Positions 63,457 through 64,000 of a stretch of DNA of 64,000 nt are shown here, in pieces; position 1 is the stretch's first letter, and the number at the start of each line of letters is the position of its first letter. Source of the DNA: Octopus sinensis (taxonomy: Eukaryota); contig NW_021830458.1 of the NCBI RefSeq assembly GCF_006345805.1, positions 1,754 to 65,753 on the forward strand. Reading direction: 5' to 3'. The notes under the pieces are model-generated. The model was given only the letters and a program-made list of their open reading frames with translations. It ran no database searches and was not told where the DNA came from. A program made the position numbers and the translations under genes.

Positions 63457-63554
63457 CTGATTGGTATCAACCACGTTGATTCTGTTGAAACACTTTTTGG
63501 AACATAAAATGAGGAAACTGAAATTTCGTGCATATGTCACGTGACGTTACGTCA
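63457..63554. promoter_or_regulatory. Promoter-like motif cluster (CCAAT box, extended E-box, CRE-like palindrome)
   Basis: CTGATTGGT (63457-63465), GTCACGTGAC (63536-63545) overlapping TGACGTTACGTCA (63542-63554), in unique sequence. Confidence 0.3.
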
Positions 63555-64000
63555 GGTCGATTTCTATTTTTTTAAAGCGCTGAAGTCTTTTCTTCTTATA
63601 AATATCCTACTTATACGCCCTTCCTTCTATCTTTCTCCCTCTATCTTTCTCTTTACACACACTCGTCCCTATGTGTGTGTTTGTGTGCGCCCGCCCCCGC
63701 CCGTGTGTATGTTACACGCAACATGACAGGAATTGTAAAAAAAAAAAAAAACCTTTTTTTTTTCTCTCCACCTTTTTCTCTTCCTTCTCCACTTATGTTA
63801 TAAAAACTCAATATGATTGAACTCTCAATAATGTATATTCGTTATGATCTTCACCGAACGTTTACATTGATGTTACTATATATCCCCGTGAAACTCATTG
63901 AAATTTCTCTGAACATTTGAATATTTTATGGTTTAAACATGTTTGTCCAATTTTTACTTTCTAATTTTAAACTCTCTCAAACCACCATTTCTTCTTTTAT

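Overview
This is eukaryotic, AT-rich, microsatellite-saturated non-coding DNA. The SINE families and simple-repeat load look like a cephalopod (Octopus-like) genome; that assignment is pattern recognition, not a database result. No host protein-coding gene can be supported, and almost every long ORF in the supplied track is a translated microsatellite or SINE. Supported content: (1) four intact tRNA-Cys(GCA) genes at 37.3-51.8 kb in locally duplicated cassettes; (2) about 45 tRNA-derived SINE copies of at least five families, labelled A-E here; (3) non-LTR retrotransposon fragments of the Tx1/L1, R4/Dong-like (RLE), RTE, CR1/L2 and Penelope groups; (4) DNA transposon relics (three mariner, one Tc1/maT-like, one Merlin-like) and several MITE/fold-back inverted repeats. 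The most notable signal is an apparently young Tx1-like LINE stacked three times in an (ATCT)n tract. Its 3' tail is shared with SINE family B, whose tailed units insert into other B copies, suggesting a LINE/SINE partnership. Also notable are one clean and several degenerate hammerhead-ribozyme-like motifs, a scrambled R4/Dong element with a microhomology junction, and a hairpin cluster at 15.5-16.9 kb. Most SINE and microsatellite boundaries are approximate (within about 10 bp).
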